Below the pieces are notes generated by a model. That model was given only the letters and a program-made list of their open reading frames with translations. It was not told where the DNA came from and did not search any database. From NCBI RefSeq assembly GCF_009914755.1, contig NC_060926.1: a stretch of DNA of 64,000 nt; one strand, given 5' to 3'. Positions 39,136 through 54,122 of the stretch are shown here, in pieces; within the stretch, counting starts at the first letter, position 1; each line of letters begins with the position of its first letter. Origin of the DNA: the human T2T-CHM13v2.0 reference genome, Homo sapiens. Position numbers and translations under genes: made by a program.

Positions 39136-40132
39136 TCTGACATAAATGGTGTAAGCTATATTGGCCTGAACGATGTTTGAAAGTTAAGGGAATTGAGGAT
39201 GGAATTTTTATGGATTGCTCTACCTTCAATAGAGGTAGTCTATTCATTTCTCATTAAATTCATATTTGTTTAACTGACAGATACAAACACAAATATATTA
39301 ATAAAATGTTCAAAGGAGTCAATAAAGATGAACTTTTCCACAATAAAAACTAGATACCTATTATGGGCAAGGACACCTGAAGTCCAAATTGCTTGCTCAC
39401 TCCTGAAAACAATATTAAGGTTTTATTGTAAGTTTATTCATGTCTATGTTACATTAATTACAAGATGCTATTATACTCTACCCACACCAGTTCTTACATT
39501 TCTTTCTAGAAAATAAATGAGAAGACTAACAAATGTAAAGAGGATGACTGTTTGATTGATTTTGCCTACATGTCCAACTTTCTACTCCATTCTTACCAAA
39601 TGAGATGTGGGACATAAAAGCTTTGAATTATAAAAAATATAAAAATACAAAGATAAAGTATTATTATTCATTAATTACCTCCTCTTTGCTTAAGAAAGCT
39701 GTTCTATCTGGGTAGAGGGCAATGAAGAAAGATAAAGGTTCCTATTTCTGCTTCATTAGTCCACTTTTCCACCTCGTAAACAGTGTAAAAACTCAATCCA
39801 ACAAACTCCATTTTTCAGTAAAGCCTATCATCAGTTAATGTCCCTGACCTTTATTTTTCCTATTTCTCTTCTGTGGCATTTTGTAAGTGTTTCGTGTTGT
39901 GTCAGGTTATAAACCATGGAAGGAAAAAATGGAAGAGCCCAAACTGCCCATTTATTGGAAAACAATCAAATAAACCCACTATTGCCTTTAAATATGCTAC
40001 TGCTGTTGCTGCAACAGTGTTGGTGATTATGTATGTGGAACTGTTTCTCTTAGGTGTGATGGGTTTTAAAATCCTGTCTCTTTAGTGACCAGATACTTAG
40101 TGACCACTGGCCACATTAAGAATGGGAAGTAA

Positions 40133-40411
<279 letters not shown>

Positions 40412-40489
40412 CTAAGTGAATGCCATAGACTCATTTAAGGTCAAGCCAAGCCAGTGACTTTACTAAATGCAGAACACTGAGTGCCTCTT

Positions 40490-40740
40490 CAATGGAAGAG
40501 GCAGTGCCTTGTCATGGATCAAAGTATAAGTAGTCTGTCAAGGCCAGGTTTAAATTTAACTTATTTTCCTTATACTTTGTATTAATTGTGCAACCCTCTT
40601 GGGTTTCACTCTCTCCAGCTATAAAATGGCATAATAAAACTCTCTTCATGGGATATTGAAAGGACTAAATAAAAGTGCATATCTACATCACCTCCTACAA
40701 CGACCAGCAAATAATTCATGTTTAAGAAATGTTTAATTCC
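40490..40740 (+). mobile_element. MIR
   Basis: 'gaggcagtgcc..ccaggtttaaat..ctataaaatggcataataa..catgggatattgaaaggactaaat'. Confidence 0.6.
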
Positions 40741-42628
40741 TCATTGTCTCTTGTAGTATGCACACAAAGATTTTTAATTCTGTGGCTGACATACTGTTTG
40801 GAAAATGAATGAAATCAAAGTTCCCGTCTCTGGCTGCTTACAATCTAAAAATAAATAAAAGGCACACAAATAAAGAACAGCTGAACCGAGTAGTAAGTTT
40901 ATCACAGGATCGGGAAGGAAGAGATTATTCATTCTGAGATCTGGTGTATAAAAAAAGGGGTTTTAAAATGATGCCTACTTTTAATTTTCTTTCTGATTTT
41001 CAACTTCACCATATAAATTTGAAAACCTCCTTGCACAGAGATTTCCACTGGCTACGTAATAGTTTCTCTTGTGGTCCTGTGACTATTTTATACTTTCTCT
41101 GTTGAAGGCACTTAAACTATATCCCCATTTTTTTTAACTCTCAATAATACTGTAATTAATCTTTTTTATTATGAAATCTTAAGAAACATCTTTATAAGAG
41201 GAATTTTAAGACTTTTAATAAGGCCAAATGCCTCTCGAGAAACTTTGCCTTAACATTTGTATCAAGAGTGTAGCAGAGTGCATGGCTAATATTTTAATGT
41301 GATGTAATGAGATTGGTCTTTGAAGCAAGGGCTCAGTGGTCCTAGTCTTGGTAGTAGATGATTTATTTTGCCTAAAACAGATGATTTCCGTGGGGAAAGC
41401 CATGGAGAAAGAAAAAAGTGTGGATAATCTGGCTACCAAGATTCTCTCAGAATTGAACTAAGAATTAGGGACAGCCAAGCCAGCCAGTATGAATGAGACA
41501 GAAGCGAGACTCTGAGCTCCAGGACAGTTTTGAATGACCTTTTAGCTTAATATTGCCTTGGTCCCTCCATCATCCCAGCATCTGAATTCTCACGGTGACC
41601 CCACACTGTGAGACCATTCCCATAAACTGGGCTTCAATTCCTTCATCTATAAGAAAGGGTTTTGTATAGCCTGTATTTTTGCTGTTGACTAATTTTATTA
41701 GTTGTTTTCGGTATGTAACTGAAGTATTTGAGCTGCCAAATATTGTCATTAAAACTGTTGAAAAATCTAGTGGCTTCCCCCTTTGACTATTTTCTGAAAA
41801 CATGTGTTCCCTTTTTCCCAGTTGAAGCTGTAGACACATCTGGTTGCTTCTCTCACTTCCCATTCTGCTCTGATGAGTTTAAAGTGTACAATTGATTTAA
41901 CCAGAAATAACTTAGCAGCTGATCATATTTCCAAAAAGAACCTTCTTTGCATCCCAAGAAAAAAAAATGACTCAGAAAATCACTTTTTAAATTTGATTTT
42001 AAATTTTCAGGTGACTCTACTGCGTTAAAAGCTATTTTAGTAGAGTTAGGCATGGAGTGAGAAAAGGTAGAGCCAGGAATTTCATTTCCTCTGAATGAGC
42101 CTTGCTGAGATCCTGAGAATAAAAACCACAACACTCAGAAATTAAAATGTCAACTTTGAATCAATTTGCTATAGCAAAGACAGTTGTACTTTTGAAAATT
42201 TAAAATGACAAATTGATTATTAGTGTACCTATAACCCTTTAGCTATGAAATGGAGTGCTACATTTCTTTAAAGGCTGATAATTAGTTTATATTTCATTGG
42301 ATCAGACGGAGAATATAATTTATGGCCCCTTAATTTTTTTCTTCTTTAGTATACTTTAAGATGGTAAAATTGTTTTCTTTACTATGAACCTAAATAATGC
42401 TGGTCCATGCTCTTTGGCACATTCCTCTGCTTCTGTTTCCATCTTTCCCGTACCTCCTGAAGTGTGGAAAGGGCAAATCCCATTAATCAGACAGAGGAAG
42501 ATAGTGTAAACCAACACTCACCTTTGCCTCTGTCCAGCTCCCTCACTACACTAGATACAGGGCAGATCTTACAGTACTCAGAACTGACCAGCAGATTTGC
42601 ACCTTGTTTATTTACAAGAATTAAATGC

Positions 42629-42980
42629 GGCTGGGCACTGAGGCTTATGCCTGTAATCCCTACAGTTTGGGAGGCCGAGGCACGTGGATCACTTGAGTTC
42701 AGGAGTTTGTAACCAGCCTGACCAACATGGTGAAACCCCATCTCTCCAAAAATACAAAAACTAGCCAGGCGTGGTGGCACTCACATGTAATCCCAGCTAC
42801 TTGGGAGGCTGAGGCAGGAGAATCAATTGCTTGAACCCGGACGGCGGAGGTTGCAGTGAGCCAAGATCATGCCACTGCACTCCAGCCTGGGTGACAGAGT
42901 GAGACTCCATCTCAAAATAAATAAATAAATAAATAAATAAATACATAAATAAATATTAAAAAAACAAAAAAGAAAAAAAA
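42629..42980 (+). mobile_element. AluS
   Basis: Full dimer with (AAAT)n tail; AATTAAAT on both flanks. Confidence 0.94.
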
Positions 42981-45295
42981 TTAAATATAGGGTGTCAGAA
43001 GCAGACAAATAGACATACAAAAATCTCAGGAGACATTAAGGTCAGCAGGTTCTGAAAACAAACCAGCAAATGTATTACCCTATTTATTTTCACAAATACT
43101 ACTTTTCCCCTTAATAATTAAGGGAAAGTATGGTTTTCCTTCAAAGTGTTGGGGATTTTAAAATTCAAAATTCTGATATATCAGGAGGAATCCTAAACAG
43201 TACTGATTTAGTTTGCTAGGGTTGCCATAACAAAATGCCACAGATTGAGTGGCTTAAAGAACAAAATTTTATTCTCTCACAGGTCTCCAGGCTAGCAGTG
43301 CACAAGCAAGGTGCTGGCAGAAATGTTTTTTTTCCAACACCTGTCCCCTGAGTGTGCAGATGCCTGCCTTCCTGCTGAGCCCTCACACAGCCTTTCTTCT
43401 CTGCTTGCACACCCCTAGTTTATCTTCTGAAGATGAGGCCTTATAAGGACACCAGTCTCATTGGATTTGGGCCCCACATAAACAGTCCTGTTTTACCTTC
43501 ATTTTTTAAAAGACCTTATATCTTAATAGAGACACATTCTGAGGTCTTCAGGGTTAGACAGCAACATAAGAATTTGGGAAGAACACAATTCAGTTCATAA
43601 CATTCTGCTCTTTGGACCCCTCAAATTGCTACACTTCTTACATGCAAAATACAATCACTCCATCCCAACAGCTCAAAAGTCTTAACCCATTTCAGCACCA
43701 ACTCTAAGGCCCAAATCTCATTAAAATATCATTTAAACTAAGTGTGAGATCCAAAGTATGATTCATCCTGCTGCAGAATTTTTCTCCAGCTGTAAACCTG
43801 GGGGAGCAGACAAGCTATCTGCTTCCAAAATATAATGGCAGACAATCACCAGATAGACATTCTCCTGCCAAAAAGGAGAAATTGAGAAGAAGATGGTGTC
43901 ATAGGTCCCAAGCAAGACCAAATCCTAGTATGGCAAATTTTATTAGATTTTAAGGCTCCAGACTAATTCTTTTTGGCTTCATGCTCATCCTCCAGGCCTG
44001 CTGGTAGGTATGGTGGCCTTATATTCAAGGCCCACTGAAGTGGCAGCATTACCTCCTGAGTTCCTGGGTGGTAGCCCCATCCATAGGAGTTGGGTAATGG
44101 CAGCTGGGCTGCTGAGATTAAGGGGGTAGCCTCAACCTCAGAAAATGAATTGGAGGCAGCCTTGACCCCTGAGCCTGTGTCCTCCAGGACAGTGGCTGCA
44201 GTGACAGCCCTTGCAATCTTTGAGTCACCTTTGAGTCCTTCTTCCCTTTCCTTGAATGAAAACATGTGCTTGCAGCTAGATAGCTCTATTTTCCCATCCT
44301 GCCACATCCCAGAAGTCTGACAGTCTTCCTTCCTATTGTCTTCTCTCTGTCACCTTCAGTCAAGGATGGCAGTGTGTCTCCCATTTCTCTCTATTCATAG
44401 CTTCCTGGGAGGTGGCTGATTAGATCCAGGAGCCACATCTATAATCTCTTTACCAAATAATTTTCCAGCCATACTTACTGTGTTCTCTCTAGAACCCACT
44501 TTCTACTTTTTGGCAATATGGACAGGCTGATACTTTTACAAATCATGAAGTTCTTGTTTCTTTTTGCTTGACAGTTGCTTTAATGTATCTCTTCCAATGA
44601 CATTTTTCTATAAACAGTCAAAAAATCTAGGCCATAGCTTTGACAGTTTGTGTAGAATTTTCTTTGCTAAATATTCAAGTTCATCACATACAATATGCAC
44701 TTTCCACAAAACACTAGAATACAATTCAGCCTCTTTTTTTTACTTTTATAACAAAGATCATGTTCCTTCAATTTCCAGTAACATGCTCCTCATCTCTGTC
44801 TGAGACCTCAAAAATCGCATTTAACATTCATTGTATTCCTACCAAAAGTCTCTTCAAGACAGTGTAAGATCTTTCTAACATGTATTTCAAAACTTGTCTA
44901 GCCTTTGCATGTTACCCAATTCCAAAGCTGCTCCACATTTTTAGGTATTTGTTACAGCTGCACCACACTTCCCTGTATCAAATCTGGTTTCCTTTGCTAG
45001 GACTGCCTTAACAAAATACCATAGACTGAGTGACTTGATCAGCAGTTTATTCTCTCACAGTTCTTAAAGTTAGAGGTCCAGGATCAAGGTGTCAGCAGGG
45101 TTGGTTTTACTCTGAGGCTTCAATTTTGACTTGCAGATGGCCACCTTCTTGATATGTCCCCACAGAGTGCTTCTTCTGTGTGTTCCCATGCCCAGTTCAT
45201 CTTCCATTCTTACAAGGACACGAGCCAAATTGGATTTGAACCCGCCCAAACAGCGTCATTTTAGCTTAATCACCTCTTTTAAGATCTTATCTTTA

Positions 45296-45849
<554 letters not shown>

Positions 45850-46721
45850 TGGCACTTCAACATAATTGTGGTGGCAAGGCGCACAAGTCAGCCCATAGAA
45901 GATACCAAGTTAAAGATAAATATACATGTGATCAATTAATTCACCAATATTTTCTGATAGCCTATGCTCAAATCACCATAATAGTAATGTGTGTGGAGAT
46001 CTAAAAGTCTGAAGACACAGTTGAGTCCAGCTTTCTCCCTCTCTCCCTGGCCCTGCTTGAATACATTGGATGGACAGCTGCATCCTTATCTCTTCTGTAA
46101 AGCATTTGACCATAATTCCAAGCAGCATCCCACATCACATGCCCTTAATGTGCTCTCTATCAAGAACTCACCCAAAGCCCAGCTCAAAAAAGTAGTATTA
46201 GTGGGAGGGAGGGTCATGGGAAGACAATGCTACTCATCTGTTCTGAATTTTAGTCTTTACATTAAGCCAGCAATTCGAAGGCAACTCCTTTACTGTGGTA
46301 CATTAATCCCTCAGCTTCAATCCCTCAGCTTTTTTCAAGGGAAATTCCCTTAGCTTTTTTTTTTTTTTTTTTTTTTTTAAAGGAGATTCCACTATATGAA
46401 TTTCTCTAAGAAATTCTTCCCCATGAAATTCAACGTACTGACTTTTTGGAGGGTAGTCTATTGAGGACATTTTCCGGCAAACTGCTCTGTGTTCTTCTGT
46501 ACAGGGTCTCACATACACATAAATTTATTTTCCAACTCAATGTTTAAAAAATCATTTACTTCTCACTGATTTGTAAAATCTATTTCTGTGTGTAAGAAAT
46601 GTGTGATGATGATTTTTTTCTTTTATTGCCAAAATTGAATTAAAAATATTTCCATAATTTTATTTTTTGTTTTTACTAGGACAGTCTTCATTTATACTTT
46701 ATAACAGATGCAGGGATTGTT

Positions 46722-49700
46722 ATTTTTTTCCAGCTTTATTGAAGAATAATTGACAAAAATTGTATATATATGGTATACATGATGTTTTGATACAGTTATA
46801 CATTATGAGATGATTACCACAATGAAGTTAACTAACATATCCATGACCTCACATAGTTTCCCTCCCTTTACTCCCCTTCCCCTTCCCCTTCCTCTTCCCC
46901 TTCCCCTTCCTCCTTCCCCCTTCCTTTCCTCTCCTCTCCTCTCCTTTCCTCTTCTCTCCTCTTGTTTCCTTCCTCTCTCTCTCACTCTTTCTTTTTCTGT
47001 GTGTGGTGAGAACACTTAAGATTTACTCTTTTGGCACATTTAAAGTATGCAGTACAGTAGTATCAACTATAGTTATCATGCCACATATTAGGTCTCCAGA
47101 CCTTATTCTGCATAACTGAAACTTTGTACTCTTCGAACGACATGTCTCTACTTTCCCTACTCCCCAGCCCCTGGAAACTACCATTCTACTCTCTGCTTCT
47201 GTGAATTCAAATTTTTAGGTTCCTCATGTAAGTGAGATCATAAGATATTTGTCTTTCTGTGTTTGGCTTTTTTCACTAGCATAATGTCCTCCAGATTCAT
47301 TCATGTCATTGGAAATGGCAAGAATTACTTTTTAAAAGCTGAATAACATTTCATTATGTATTGTGTATGTGTGTGGGTGCATGGTATATATGCGTGTTTG
47401 TATATATATATGATATATGATATATATGTATGTGTATATATATGATAGTTCCATTTAAATTATTTTGTGGAACCTCCATACTGTTTTCTGTAATGACAAT
47501 ACCAATTTACATTCCCACCAAGAGTGTACAAGTGTTCCATTTTCTCCATGTCTTCACCAATGCTTGTTAAATTTTCCCTTTTAATTACAGCCATTCAAAC
47601 AGGTCTGAGGTGATAGCTCATGTAGTTATGGTTTGCATTTTTCTGATTATTAGTGATATGGTTTGGCTCTGTGTCCCCACCCAAATTGCATCTCAAGTTG
47701 TAATCCCCGTGTGTCAAGAGAAGGACCTGGTAAGAGGTGATTGGATCATGGAGGGAGTTTCCCCTATGCTGTTGTCAAGATAGTGAGTTAGTTCTCACAA
47801 TATCTAATGGTTTAAAAGTGTTTGGCAGTTCCCCCCTTTTGTTTTCTCTCCCCTGTCACCATGTAAGATGTGCCTTGCTTCCCATTTGCTTTCCCCTAAG
47901 ATTGTTAGTTTCCTAAGTTCTCCCCAGCCATGAGGAACTGTGAGTCAATTAAATCTTTCTTTATAAATTATCCAGTCTCAAGTAGTTTTCTTATAGCAGT
48001 GTGAAAACAGACTAATACAATTAGTGATTTTGAATAGCTTTTCATATACTTGTTAGCCATTTGTACGTCTTCTTCAAAAAAAAGTCTATTCATTTCTTTT
48101 AAAATATTATTTATTTATTTATTGCTATTGAGTTGTTTCAGTTTCTTATGGATTTTGATGATTAACCCCTTATCAGATGTATAGTTTGCAAACATTTCCT
48201 CCCCTGTATTCCGTAGGATATTTTTTCACTCTCGATTGTTGATTTTTTTTAATTTAAGCATATTTTTATTTTGATACAGTCCCTCTGGTTTATTTTTACT
48301 TTTGTTGTCTGTGCTTTTGGGGTCATGCTAAAAAAATGTTGTTCAGACTAACATCATGAAGATTTTATCCAGTGTTTTCTTCTGTTATTTTTACAGGTAC
48401 AGGTCTTTTGTTTAAATTTTTAATCAATTTTTAGTTGATTTTTACATATTGCATGAGATAAGGGTCCAGTTTTATTTTTCTGCATGTGGATACACAGTTT
48501 TCTCAAACATCTTTATTGAAAAGACTGACCTTTCACCATGTTTTGTCCTTTGTACTCTTGCCAAAGGTAGTTGACTCTAAGTGCCTGGATTCATTTTGAG
48601 GTTATTTATTCTGTCCTGTTGGCCTATATGTCTGCTTTTATGATAGTACCATATTATTATGACTACTGTAGCTTTATATTTGAAATAAGGAAGTGTGATG
48701 TCTCCAGTTTTATTCTTGTTGAGGATTGATTTGACTATTCAGGGTCTTTTGTGGTTCCTTATAAATTGTAGAATCATTTTTTCCTTTTTTGTGTGAAAAA
48801 TACCATTAAAATTATGATAATGATTGCATTGAACTTTGGGTAGTATGGTCATTTTAGCAATATTAACTCATTGAATCCATGAAATGGCCTATTTCTCTAT
48901 TTATTTGTGTCTTTCACCATTTCGTTTATCAATGTTTTATAGTATTCAGTGTACAGGTCTTACGCTTCCATGGTTACATTTATTTCTAAGTAAATTCATT
49001 CATTTTTGTTGCTATTGTAATGAGATTGTCTTATTTATTTTTCAGACAATTCATTGTTCGTATATAGAAGCACTACTAAATTGTAAATGTTGATTTCATT
49101 TTCTGCAACTTTACCGAATTCATCTATTCTAACAGTTTTTGGCATCATCTTTAGGGTTTTCTATGTATAAGATTATGTCATCTGCAGAGACAATTTTACT
49201 TATTTTTTCCATTTTGGATGTTTTTATTTCTTTCTTTATTTTATATAATTGCTCTGGCCAGGACTTTAAGTACTATGTTGAATAGAAGTGGTCAGAATGG
49301 GCATCCTTTCCTTGTTCCTAATCTTAGAGAAAAACTTTCAACTTTAAAGATTGAGTATGACGTTAGCTGTAGGTTAGTCATATATGACCTTTATTGTATT
49401 GAGGTACATTCCTTCTACTTAATTTGTGGAGAGTCTTTATCATGAAGCAATGTTGAATTTTGCAAATATTTTTTTCTGCATATATTTAGATGATAAAAAG
49501 GTTTTCATTCTTATTCTGCTAATGTGGTGTATCACATTTATTGATTTGTATATGTTGAACAATCCTTTTATCTCACTTGATCATGGTGTGTAATTCTCTT
49601 GATGTGCTTTTGAATTTCATTTACTAGTATTCTATCGAGGATTCTTTTACATCTGTGTTCATCAGCGATGTTGGCTGCAATTTTCTTTGCCCTTGTCTGG

Positions 49701-49920
49701 CTTTGATATTAGGGCAATGCTGGCCTTTTAAAATGAGTTAAGAAATGCTCCTTGCTCTTCAATTTACGGAAGTAAGAGTTTGAGAAGGATTGACACTAGT
49801 TCTTTAAATATTGCTTAGAATTCACCAGTGAAGCCACATGATGCTAGGCTTTTCTTTATTGGGTGGTTTTTGATTACTGATGCAATATTCATACTCATTA
49901 TTGATCTGTTCAGATTTATT
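46722..49920 (-). mobile_element. L1MA-like element (3' UTR plus degraded ORF2), ~3.2 kb, with CT-rich and TA-rich tracts and a THE1 insertion
   Basis: 3' end 'gctttattgaagaataattgaca..catatccatgacctcacatagtt'; ORF2-like 'ggactttaagtactatgttgaatagaagtggtcagaatgggcatcct' and 'agaattcaccagtgaagcca'. Confidence 0.9.
47654..48019 (+). mobile_element. THE1D-like MaLR solo LTR
   Basis: TGATATGGTTTGGCTCTGTGTCCCCACCCAAAT..ACAGACTAATACA; perfect 5-bp TSD ATTAG (47649-47653, 48020-48024). Confidence 0.93.
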
Positions 49921-50499
49921 GATCATGTTCTCATTGAAAACCCCCTGAAATCAAAGAAATGAACAGACACAAGTAATGTTGTTCTTTATTTCAATGAATG
50001 TAAAATATCTTTAAATATTTTAATACATATGCATTATTTTAATGTAATACATATACATTATTTTCAAAAAAGCCTGAAGTAATAGTTATTCATAGCTGAT
50101 TTGATCAAAAATGCTTCATGGGAGAGGTAATATTTGTAATAAATATGGAATGAGGCATGGAAAAATTGGCTTAAAACCTTTAATAAAATTCTGAGGATTT
50201 TTTGCCTTTTTCTGAATGACACTATTCTAAAATCTGGCAACTCCACAAATAAGATTTGAATGAGTCTTCATAATCCAGTTTGTAAACTAAACTCAATTCT
50301 AATTTATAATCAAATATATAAGCTAGACTATTTTCTATTATCTGATGTGAATTTCCAAATGTGAATTTCCAAATATGCTTAAAGTCTTATAAAGGCCCTC
50401 TCACTTTGTTGGCTGGTATGCAGAGAGAGACAATATTTTAGGCTCTCAGGATGTAATCAACAAGGGCCTTTCATGGAATTATAATCCAAGAACTACTGG

Positions 50500-50670
50500 A
50501 CCTTACCAGGCCTTTTAGTATCCCACCTGAGAAGTCATGTAATGTCACATCAATCCTGATCTACTGGCTGCAGGAGTCAGCCCACTCAGATTCAAGAGGA
50601 GACACAAACCTTATTTCCCAATGAGAGGAATATCAGAGAATTTCAGGACCTCCTTTGAAATGATTCCATG
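50500..50670 (-). mobile_element. MLT1 LTR fragment
   Basis: 'gaagtcatgtaatgtcac..cagattcaagaggaga..aatgagaggaatatcagagaattt'. Confidence 0.5.
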
Positions 50671-50949
50671 TATATGCATTTCTTAGTTGAGAACTCTAAT
50701 CTTCAAATATTTTTATTAATGTAATACAATGAAATACTTGTAATAATGTCTAATTTTTGCAAAAAAGTAGTTATTGTTCATAAGAAAATATTAATAGAAT
50801 AATAATGAATTTTTTATTATTGTTTTCTTTGTTAGGCATCATTCTTTATCCTTGTCATATGTTCAATAAACAATTCTGAGCAATTTTTCTGACTAGGTAA
50901 AAAGCATTAATTTCAGATGCAATGAATTATAAGAAGTTTATATGTGTAA

Positions 50950-51130
50950 ATACAGTCAAACGCTAATTTTGTTTTACATTTTTGGTATCTCTGAAATTGA
51001 AATGAATCTTAGAATCAATGGGGTAAGATTGTTGAACTGGCAGCAGTTTTCCTTCTTAGCAATACAAAAATAATGGTACGACCAATTATCAATGATGACC
51101 TATTTTATCATCTTTGATGAAATATGATAG
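50950..51130. mobile_element. MER104-like DNA transposon
   Basis: 'tctctgaaattgaaatgaatcttagaatcaatgg' and terminal 'tttgatgaaatatgata'. Confidence 0.5.
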
Positions 51131-52924
51131 TTGTTACTCAAAGTTCTGGAGTAACCAGATACTCAAGATAAAATAACCACACCCTCTATTTTGAGATATT
51201 TTCTCTATAACCAGAAATGAGTCCTAAATCTTAGATACTGCTTGAATTACACTATCCAAAAAACCTGTTCACATTCATTTTTTTATAATGTGCTTATTTT
51301 TCTAATTTGATTCTAGACTTCTAAGAGAGCAGCCAACAATGCATTAACTATTTCTGTCAGCTGAAAGGCCCTTTAATTGACTTGTTCGTATTGACTGAGA
51401 TCCTAGAAGGCAGCCTCTGTTAATGGTGTATCCTGATGAGAGACAAGGAATAGGTTTGCTAGCATCAGACTTGAGTGCTAATGTAGTATATCATGTTATT
51501 TCCAATCACTTAGCTTTTTCTCGTGATAGCAACAAAATGACTTCTTGAAAAATGAAGACTTGCACCATGTTATCTGAAAAAATGCATAGCTGTCTTTGAC
51601 CAATATAGCTACAAGTTTTTCAATAAAAATCCTGTCTTAAATCTTAGGTAAAAAATGTGTCTTTAGGGAAACTGTATTGCAGTTATTATTAAGAGTGTTT
51701 GTATCAGTACATCTTTTAATGAGAATGGTGTTTCGTGTAGTATACAGGTGTGCGCGTGTGTGTGTGGACATGTGTACAGATATATATATATATATATCTG
51801 CAAACAGATATGTATTTATTCATTCAATTATTATTTAAAGAATTACTGAACTTATAAAATATGCTGGCATGTAATGACTACCAATCATCCCTGCCCTTAA
51901 GTAGATTACAGTCAACCTCTCATAAATTCAATTCTTCTTCTCTACCTTTTATGATGTGGAAACATAGCAACTAGTATGTTGTAAGTCTTGTGTAAACACT
52001 AGCCAATGTTTTCAGTATTTTTATTTAGAAAATAACTTTATTTTGATTTCATCTGTTTTTTGTTTTGATTTTATCTAGTTTTATAAGACACAAAGTATAT
52101 TTTTAAATGGTACATTTTTGCCCAGAAACCAAAATTGCCAATTTCATATATTTTATGATTGTAGAATATCTTTCAGAATAATTAAATGACCTTTGTGGGG
52201 TATTATGGAATAGAAAATCCTCAAAGGCAAGAAATCCATAGCCTTATTTTATTTTTTGTTATATACCCTGTAAATAATCATAAACAGGAGAGTGGTTAAT
52301 ATTCTTCAGATATGGGGCTGTGAAATAGGAGATACAGGCATGAAATCCTATTTTTATTACTATCGTTATGCTGATGATCCTCTGGCCACTTCTTTCTAGT
52401 CTGTGTAATTGCAAAGTTCTTCATATTTTATTCATTAGAAGAGCTGCTCTGTGCCCATTCTTCTTATGTTGCTGCCTCGTGCCGTTTCCAGCACTTCCTA
52501 ATGGGTGTGATCGCTGGGCTCCATCAACTTTCTGTCTATGCCTTGCTCAGCCCTCTAATGAATATTAGACTTGCAGCCATCAGTCATGTTTCAAGTGCAG
52601 ACATACATGAATAGAGAATTTTTGTTTGTTCATTAGCATTGTGAAAAGCAAACTCATTTTGTCTCCTTCCTGTTCTCTTTGATGTATTTGCCCACCTACT
52701 ATAATGAATTTGAAGGGAAACTTGATGCATGTAGGTATTTATTTAAAAGGTTCTTGCTGGCTCTTTTCTCACCTTTTTTCACTTCTTTTTTTTTTCTTTT
52801 ACCGTAAACAGATAATGCTTATTAACCGTCAACAATAAAATACTGTAGATAGGATTGTGATAAATTCTTGTCGAATCGATTGTGCTAAGGCGTTTAAAAA
52901 GGTTGCCTTTCAGGAGGGGATCAA

Positions 52925-53322
52925 AGGAAGGAATATGGGGAGAGCAGAGGGAAGAAGAAAGGTAAAAATAATTTGGGGAGAGGAGGAGGAGAAAGGGAGC
53001 AAGAAAGAAAGAAAGGAAGGAGGGAGAGAGAGACAAATGCAGAGACAGAGAGAAAAAGGAGAACCAGGAAAGAAAGAAAAAAGAAATAAGAAAGAGCAAA
53101 GGGCAATCTTGGGTAAGAAAAATCATATAGGTGTTTATGTGTAAGAATGTGTGTATGGGTGTGCATGTATTTGTGTGTGTATGTGTATATGAGTGTGTGT
53201 TTCTGGGTGTATGAGTGTGAGTGTGTTTATGAGTGTATGTGTGAGTGTGCATGTATGAGGGTGTATATGAGTGTAAGTGTGTGTATGAGTGTGAGTGTAT
53301 GTGTGTGTGTGTACATGTGTGT
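52925..53322. repeat. Purine-rich (GA) tract followed by a degenerate (TG)n tract
   Basis: Read directly. Confidence 0.85.
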
Positions 53323-53763
53323 TGAAAGGAATGCAATACTTAATTGGGTAAGACAATTCAAGAGTTTATTATATAAACACAGCATACCCTCCTTCCATTT
53401 AGGTCTCTTTGTTCATCATTTGGGTGAAAATTTATTCTTTTACTCGGAGCAAGTTTAGTTTTTCATCTTAGTATATTTTACTTAGACAAAGAAATTTTTA
53501 AAAATGTATTACAATGCAAAATAGCAGCTTGTCAGGGATCAGTGTTATAGCTTTTTTGAGTGCACTGCTGGAAATCTGATTCTTTTTTGTTTTATAATGA
53601 GTGAGCTCAAGATAAAATGTTGATAGAGACTAGATAATTTTGAAGAGAAAATACATAATTGAGTCTCAGTTGCTCAACTTATTTTATTCCATACTTCTTG
53701 TTTCTTTTCAGCAACTAGGTTCTCTTAGAAAATTTTAATGGATCAATAAAATTCTGTCATATT

Positions 53764-54122
53764 CCTATGGTATGAATATTTTTATTCCTCCAAAATTCAT
53801 ACATTGAAACGTAATCACCAGTGTGATGGCATAAGAAGGTGGAGCCTTTGGTGAGGGATCAGACCATGAGGATAAAGTTCTCACGCATAGGATTAATGCC
53901 CTTAGAAAACAGGCCCAAGGGAGACCCTAAGCCCTTCTACCTCGCAAGGACACATCAACAAGGCAGTTTCCCTGATCCAGAAAGTGAGCTCCCGGTAGAC
54001 ATGGGAATTGCCTTCATTTTGGACTTCCCAGCATCCAGAATTGTAAGACATCAATTTCTGTTGTTTATAAGCTATCCAGTTTATGGAATTTTGTTATAGC
54101 CGGCCAAATAGACCAAAATGCA
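53764..54122 (+). mobile_element. MLT1A-like MaLR solo LTR
   Basis: 'cctccaaaattcatacattgaa..ggtggagcctttgg..ttggacttcccagcatccagaattgtaaga..ctgttgtttataagctatccagtttatgg'. Confidence 0.85.

Noticed and set aside
42011-42066. Possible exon TTTTCAG|..AAG|GTAGAG
   Set aside because: Weak donor and no other support.
43963-44320. ORFs within the MaLR internal region
   Set aside because: Short remnants with no intact gag- or pol-like motifs that I can recognise.
52779-53458. 185-aa and overlapping ORFs (similarly 10708-11126 and 34471-34910)
   Set aside because: Open only because they cross TG/CA or CT/GA low-complexity tracts.
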